From the NCBI GenBank assembly GCA_045645685.1, contig JAZRJH010000179.1, positions 1 to 51,900 of the forward strand: 51,900 bases of DNA, in the 5' to 3' direction. The translations under genes were made by a program, and so were the position numbers. This DNA is from Acutalibacteraceae bacterium (lineage in GTDB: Bacteria > Bacillota > Clostridia > Oscillospirales > Acutalibacteraceae). Positions within the stretch are counted from its first letter, which is position 1, and every line of letters starts with the position of its first letter. Shown here piece after piece: positions 46,955-51,900 of this stretch. The notes under the pieces are model-generated. The model was given only the letters and a program-made list of their open reading frames with translations, was not told where the DNA came from and did no database searches.

Positions 46955-47143
46955 TTATTTATTGTTATTTTTCCATTCTTCATATTCACGTTTTCCTTCT
47001 TCGCTTTCAAAGAAAGCAATTATATCAGGCAAGAAAAATCTTGCAAGTTCGCTGATGACCTCTTTGGGAATTTCAGGTCTTTCAAATTTATTTTCATTCT
47101 TAATCTCTCCGGCAACACTATTGTTGACCGGAGCTTTTTTCAA
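46955..47143 (-). CDS. Small hypothetical protein of a type I associate with Firmicutes mobile elements
   Basis: LARFFLPDIIAFFESEEGKREYEEW; RBS GGAGGTG; downstream of the integrase. Confidence 0.7.
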   Translation of the reverse strand: MKKAPVNNSVAGEIKNENKFERPEIPKEVISELARFFLPDIIAFFESEEGKREYEEWKNNNK

Positions 47144-47195
47144 GCTACCACCTCCCTAATCATTTTAATTTTATATCGCTCCCGTATTCTCAGGG

Positions 47196-48287
47196 TTAGT
47201 GCGATAAAAGATATGACTGCACAGTGACATTGTTTCTCCAATGAGCCAAGTGGAAAATTGATACTGCAGCAAGTGCAAGATTGTTGTATTCGGTTGGTAA
47301 TCCGTATCTGATTGCTAACTCTTTGTTTTTGCCTTTGACCTTGTATGTGCCTCTGATAAGCTTTTCGTCAAAGGGTTTCGGGATAATTGTGCCGTCATGA
47401 AGTTTCTGCGTGCAGTGCAATTTCCAACGCAGACGGATTTCGTCTGCAAGCTTTTCTGCATAGCTTTCTTCGTTATTAATCTTGTCGAGATAATGCTCGT
47501 AACAGCGTTTGGCATTCTCTGCTCTGATGTGGTGATAGTCAATTGAATTGGAAAGTTCAATCGGCTGAAAGACCTTTTCTTTTTCTCCGATACCTTCAAA
47601 ATAGCTTTTTACAAGTTCTTCGTTTTCAGGCAGTATTCTTTGAAGTGAGTCTTTGCCGCCTTTTCCGTTTTTGACGAATATACAAAGGTGACCCGACTCA
47701 TCTCTAACTAAATCTCTGCCTTCAAGTCTGGCAAGTTCCGATGCCCTGATTCCAACAACACGCTGAAACGATATTGTTCTTTCATAACGAGGATTATCGG
47801 GATTGTTGTCTGCACGAATAGTTTTGCCATTGTCCGAACGTGATTTTGTATATTCGGCAGTGTGGCGTATGGGCTTCTTAATATCGCTCATAGGCACCTC
47901 ATAATAGCTGCACACCGCTGCAAGGTAATTGTGAATTGTGGATGCACTGTATTTTCCCTGCAGATAGTCTGAATATTCCTGAATGTGTTTCATGCATTCG
48001 GAATGGGTTTTGCAATTGTGAAATTCACGGCAATAGCGGATAAAAGCCGTGAGCCATTTGCGATAGTTTTTCTGAGTGACAGAGCTTTTACGTGACTGAA
48101 TAAACGGCTCAATTTCATCACGCAGCTGTCTTGTTATGCTCTTTCCTCTGATTTTATTTTGTTTCTTTGAAGCGATCATTCCTTTCATAATATTTGAAAC
48201 ATTTTTCTGTTGGTGTTTCTTCCAACCCGTGCCAAAAAGGCTCGTTAAATCAATCGGTGATGTCTCAATTTCCATGCAGAAAATCAT
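47196..48287 (-). CDS. Tyrosine recombinase/integrase (start codon uncertain)
   Basis: SASTIHNYLAAV core-binding motif; catalytic GIRASEL (R), NGKGGK (K), HHIR (HxxR), LAHWR...SY (H/W, Y). Confidence 0.9.
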   Translation of the reverse strand: MIFCMEIETSPIDLTSLFGTGWKKHQQKNVSNIMKGMIASKKQNKIRGKSITRQLRDEIEPFIQSRKSSVTQKNYRKWLTAFIRYCREFHNCKTHSECMKHIQEYSDYLQGKYSASTIHNYLAAVCSYYEVPMSDIKKPIRHTAEYTKSRSDNGKTIRADNNPDNPRYERTISFQRVVGIRASELARLEGRDLVRDESGHLCIFVKNGKGGKDSLQRILPENEELVKSYFEGIGEKEKVFQPIELSNSIDYHHIRAENAKRCYEHYLDKINNEESYAEKLADEIRLRWKLHCTQKLHDGTIIPKPFDEKLIRGTYKVKGKNKELAIRYGLPTEYNNLALAAVSIFHLAHWRNNVTVQSYLLSH

Positions 48288-48949
48288 TCTGCCGCCGAGA
48301 AAAGGCCGGTTGCTCAGGTTACCATCCTGTTCACACCAAAGGGTTTCTGAGCAGAATTTTCTCTCAAAAACCTTGCATAAGCGGTTATCACGTAAAAATC
48401 ACTGTAATTTTTAGTGATAACCCTTATGCACAGACCGACTGAAGCTTCAAGAATCGGTCTGCTTGTGATGAAAACATTTTGCCGTTTTCATCACTTCAAT
48501 CTCACTCATTCCGTGAGATTGAATCTGCTGCATCTTGATTTCACGTTGCAAATCTTCAACCTCTGTCCCTCTTGAATCGCAATACACGAACAGAGAATTA
48601 TCCGTTGCTGACGGTAAAACCAAAATGCAGGTTGTGCGGCTCAAACGAATCAAAAGATCTCCGATTCTTTCAATTGGTCTTTCTGTCGCTGTTTATGTTC
48701 GGTTGTTTTGTGTGCATCGGAGAATGCACAACCATCGGAAATAGCTCCGAATGGATTTACTCCTGTCGTGGTCCATATATACCAAGTATGTATGACTGGG
48801 TACCCTCTAAAGATTCAAAAATCGGATTTGAGGCTAAAACACCCCAAAAGTAGCGCTTATATTTATAAATTAGAAAAATAAGCGTCAATTGGATAAAAAA
48901 TCACCGAGAAGCATACTATCTGCTTCTCGGTGGAGAATGAATTATATGG

Positions 48950-48978
48950 TTGACAAATTATTCTTATATTGTTACAAT
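48950..48978 (+). promoter_or_regulatory. Sigma-A promoter for the GNAT/phosphotransferase operon
   Basis: TTGACA-17 nt-TACAAT with TGn extension. Confidence 0.82.
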
Positions 48979-49010
48979 AAATAAAAATTACTGAAAGGCA
49001 GGTGGACAAG

Positions 49011-49128
49011 ATGACAATGATGATTAACACAATGAAGCGGAGAGCCGTTTTGTCCGTTTGCGATTGATGTAATATATATGTTTGTGTGAATTGCAGGCAT
49101 CTGCGTTTCGGAGGTGTCTTTATTTTTT
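49011..49128 (+). promoter_or_regulatory. Putative leader peptide (49011-49067) and attenuator hairpin (49095-49128)
   Basis: uORF MTMMINTMKRRAVLSVCD with upstream AGGTGG; AGGCATCT/AGGTGTCT stem plus T-tract just before the RBS of the first gene. Confidence 0.6.
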
Positions 49129-49146
49129 ACAGAAAGAGGATTTAAA

Positions 49147-49596
49147 ATGTACGAAATTAAACCTTTAAAACAAGAAAACATTATATTTGTTTGTAGTCTT
49201 ATGTCTGAACCTAACAACATTTCTGCTTTACACACAAACATAATCTCCTTGGATGAATGGCAACACATATTTGCTGAAGCTGAAAATGATACAGATGAAG
49301 AAAATTTTATCATTTATAACAAAGATATTCCGTGTGGCTGGTTGAAACTGAACGGTCTGCAAAACGATAAGACTTCGTGGATTTCAATGCTTGTTGTTTC
49401 TGAAAAGTTTAAGCATCAAGGTATCGGAAAATTTGCTGTTGAATTTTCAATTAACCACCTTAAACAAAGAGGTTTTAAAGAAATAAAACTATATACAACA
49501 GAAGATAATTATGTGGCGATAGAGCTTTATCAAAAATGTGGTTTTGTGATAATCGAATCAAAAGTAAACAGATTAACTATGATTAAAGAGGTATAA
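49147..49596 (+). CDS. GNAT-family N-acetyltransferase
   Basis: VSEKFKHQGIGK motif A; N..AIELYQKCGF. Confidence 0.93.
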   Translation: MYEIKPLKQENIIFVCSLMSEPNNISALHTNIISLDEWQHIFAEAENDTDEENFIIYNKDIPCGWLKLNGLQNDKTSWISMLVVSEKFKHQGIGKFAVEFSINHLKQRGFKEIKLYTTEDNYVAIELYQKCGFVIIESKVNRLTMIKEV

Positions 49597-49597
49597 G

Positions 49598-50455
49598 ATG
49601 AACTTGTTGCTTAAACTAAAACTCAAACAAGAACTTAAGAAACTTAATGTTTCAAACAGTAACATAACTATTATTCAAAGTAAAGACGGTGTTATTGTTG
49701 CGAGAGTTCAAGTTAACGCAACATCATACATAATCAAATATTTTCAAAAGGATGAACACAAGAGAGAAATTAAAAATTATAAGATTCTAAAATCTTTAAG
49801 CATTCCGACTATTAATTTGCTTGGAAGCACGGATTCATCCATTCTTATGGAAGATATTTCACAAAGTGATATATTCAGACTCGCTGCAAAAGAAGATTTA
49901 GATGATGTTGTTGTCGCTTCACAAATTGCAGAATGGTATAAACTGTTACATACAAGCAGCAAAAATTTTGACACAGAAATTTATGACGAAACCGATTTAA
50001 TAACAAAAGAGAATATTGAGTTTATCAAGAAAAAAACAGGCACACAAAGCCTACCGATTTGGAAAATCATTGATGATAATTTTGATATTATAATTTCAAA
50101 AATCAAAGCTTTGCCGAGAGTTCTCACTTATAACGATTTTTATTACACTAATCTTATTATAGCAAAAGACAAATCATCTGCATTTATGTTTGATTATAAT
50201 TTGCTTGGTAAAGGTTATGTCTATTCTGACATTCGCAATGTGTGTTCATCTCTCGGTGAGAATGCCAAAAAAGCTTTTATTGAAATATACGGAGAGTTTG
50301 ACAAAAGTGAAATTATAGTTGACGATGTTACATCTGTTTTAGTTACTCTTTATTATGCTTGTCAAAGAAAGACTTTCCCTTCTTGGGCTAATTACGCACT
50401 TAATGAACTTAAAAACGATTTTGAAAGTAAAATATTGTTGCTGATAAACCGTTGA
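49598..50455 (+). CDS. APH/choline-kinase-like phosphotransferase
   Basis: YIIK, ILMED, LTYNDFYYTN (Brenner-like motif), FDY. Confidence 0.82.
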   Translation: MNLLLKLKLKQELKKLNVSNSNITIIQSKDGVIVARVQVNATSYIIKYFQKDEHKREIKNYKILKSLSIPTINLLGSTDSSILMEDISQSDIFRLAAKEDLDDVVVASQIAEWYKLLHTSSKNFDTEIYDETDLITKENIEFIKKKTGTQSLPIWKIIDDNFDIIISKIKALPRVLTYNDFYYTNLIIAKDKSSAFMFDYNLLGKGYVYSDIRNVCSSLGENAKKAFIEIYGEFDKSEIIVDDVTSVLVTLYYACQRKTFPSWANYALNELKNDFESKILLLINR

Positions 50456-50468
50456 TTTGAGGTATAAA

Positions 50469-51098
50469 ATGATTACACTAACCGAATATCTTAACAACCC
50501 TTGCGGTACTCTTTCAATTCCATATTGGAAAGCTAAAAACATTACCATCCCACCTAATATGATAATTTTACACGATAATGATTTTTCATCTGACATATTA
50601 TCCGAATATACAGACGAAAAGTATTTTCGTTTACATCACAGCATTAAAGATATACCCGAAATCGTAACCGATGATTTTGAAATCACAATTGCAACACGAA
50701 GAGATATAAAAACAATTGTGAAGATAATCAACGATTCATATACAGATATTTCGGTGAATGCGGAACTTATAAAAGGTTATACCAAAACGCCTGTTTACAA
50801 CGAAAACTTATGGATAATGGTTAAAGAAAAAGCAACTGACAAATTTGTCGGTTGTGGTTTGGCTGACTATGATGCAGAAGCAAAAGAGCTTGTACTCGAG
50901 TGGATACAAGTGTTACCTGAATACCGTGGCAAGAAAATAGGACAGATGATTGTAACCGAACTATTATTCAGAATGAAAGGTGTTGCAGATTTTGCGACTG
51001 TTTCGGGCAAGGTTGATAACGCAACAAACCCCGAAGTGCTATACAGAAAATGCGGATTTGTCGGCAATGATGTGTGGCATATTCTGCATAAGAAATGA
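50469..51098 (+). CDS. GNAT-family N-acetyltransferase
   Basis: VLPEYRGKKIG; LYRKCGF. Confidence 0.92.
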   Translation: MITLTEYLNNPCGTLSIPYWKAKNITIPPNMIILHDNDFSSDILSEYTDEKYFRLHHSIKDIPEIVTDDFEITIATRRDIKTIVKIINDSYTDISVNAELIKGYTKTPVYNENLWIMVKEKATDKFVGCGLADYDAEAKELVLEWIQVLPEYRGKKIGQMIVTELLFRMKGVADFATVSGKVDNATNPEVLYRKCGFVGNDVWHILHKK

Positions 51099-51107
51099 GG
51101 AATTACA

Positions 51108-51866
51108 ATGATTGATTATACAAAGATAAATTCAGAAACTTGGGATTCTTGGGCGGAAGACGGCTGCGCATACACCTTGCCCATAAGCCATGAAGAATAC
51201 GAGAAAATTACTCCCGATAATTATTCGGTTATTCTTACTCCTTGCATTGCCGTTCCTCACGAATGGTTTGGTGAGCTGAAAGGTAAAAAAGTATTGGGAC
51301 TTGCAAGCGGCGGCGGTCAGCAGATGCCCGTGCTTTCAAAGCTTGGAGCGGAGTGCACGGTATTTGATTATTCCGACAGACAGCTTGAAGCTGAGAAAAT
51401 GGTGTCCGAAAGAGAAGGATACAGCATCACAATCATCAAAGGTGATATGTCAAAAACGCTTCCCTTTGAAGATGAAAGCTTTGATTTGATTTTTCACCCC
51501 GTTTCAAACAACTATGTTGAAGATGTTTACCACGTCTGGAACGAGTGCTACCGTGTGCTAAAAAAGGGCGGAAGATTGCTTTCAGGACTTGATAACGGCA
51601 TTGACTATTTGTTTGAAGAAGATGATCCGTTGAAAGTGGTTAATCCCTTGCCGTTCAATCCACTCAAAATGCCCAAAGAACGTCTTGAGAAAATGATTGC
51701 AAACGGCGACGGCGTGCAGTTCAGCCATACATTGGATGAACAAATCGGCGGTCAGCTCAAAGCCGGATTTACACTCAAAGCATTATACGAAGACCGTGAC
51801 GGAGAAGGCGCAAACATAATCGGCAAATATTATCCGCAGTATGTTGCTACGCTTGCGGTGAAATAA
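51108..51866 (+). CDS. Class I SAM-dependent methyltransferase
   Basis: VLGLASGGG, LPFEDESFDLI, ECYRVLKKGG. Confidence 0.93.
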   Translation: MIDYTKINSETWDSWAEDGCAYTLPISHEEYEKITPDNYSVILTPCIAVPHEWFGELKGKKVLGLASGGGQQMPVLSKLGAECTVFDYSDRQLEAEKMVSEREGYSITIIKGDMSKTLPFEDESFDLIFHPVSNNYVEDVYHVWNECYRVLKKGGRLLSGLDNGIDYLFEEDDPLKVVNPLPFNPLKMPKERLEKMIANGDGVQFSHTLDEQIGGQLKAGFTLKALYEDRDGEGANIIGKYYPQYVATLAVK

Positions 51867-51875
51867 GGTGAAACT

Positions 51876-51900
51876 ATGCGTAATCCGGAAGAATTTATGT
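51876..51900 (+). CDS. Start of the next operon gene (MRNPEEFM..., truncated)
   Basis: AAGGTG RBS, ATG 9 nt after the previous stop codon; too short to identify. Confidence 0.45.

Larger units (their letters stand above)
44649..51900. mobile_element. Probable integrated accessory region downstream of tRNA-Tyr (right end not in window)
   Basis: Begins at a tRNA 3' end; contains an integrase, an XRE regulator and resistance-like cargo. Confidence 0.55.

Noticed and set aside
47196-51900. Integron (integrase divergent from a cassette-like array)
   Set aside because: The genes nearly abut with no room for attC sites, and I see no IntI-specific features.
51876-51900. Start of an aminoglycoside 6-adenylyltransferase (MRNPEEFM loosely resembles such N-termini)
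   Set aside because: Eight codons are not enough to support the call.

Overview
Low-GC Firmicutes (Clostridia-like) chromosomal window. It opens with the 3' end of a 5S rRNA and tRNA-Asn, followed by a DUF4434-like secreted glycoside-hydrolase-fold gene flanked by duplicated tRNA-Asn 3' fragments. The main content (about 2.7-44.3 kb, all on the + strand) is one co-oriented locus joining four modules. (i) A Thr-phosphorylation toolkit: two Hanks-type Ser/Thr kinases, two PP2C phosphatases, three FHA proteins and proteins with acidic T-x-x-L repeat arrays. (ii) A 3204-aa Ig-repeat surface protein. (iii) A Gram-positive Tad/Flp pilus cluster. (iv) A type VII secretion core (EsaB/YukD, EssC, three WXG100-like proteins, an LXG-like effector with candidate immunity, a TPR protein) with no recognisable EssA, EssB or EsaA. 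My best candidate for an undescribed system is this phosphorylation-gated, Tad-pilus-coupled T7SS. After tRNA-Thr and tRNA-Tyr, a second accessory region carries an HTH regulator, a Zn-ribbon/YjzC micro-operon, a tyrosine recombinase and a leader-peptide-controlled GNAT/phosphotransferase/methyltransferase cassette. Family names come from motif recognition by eye, not from database searches.
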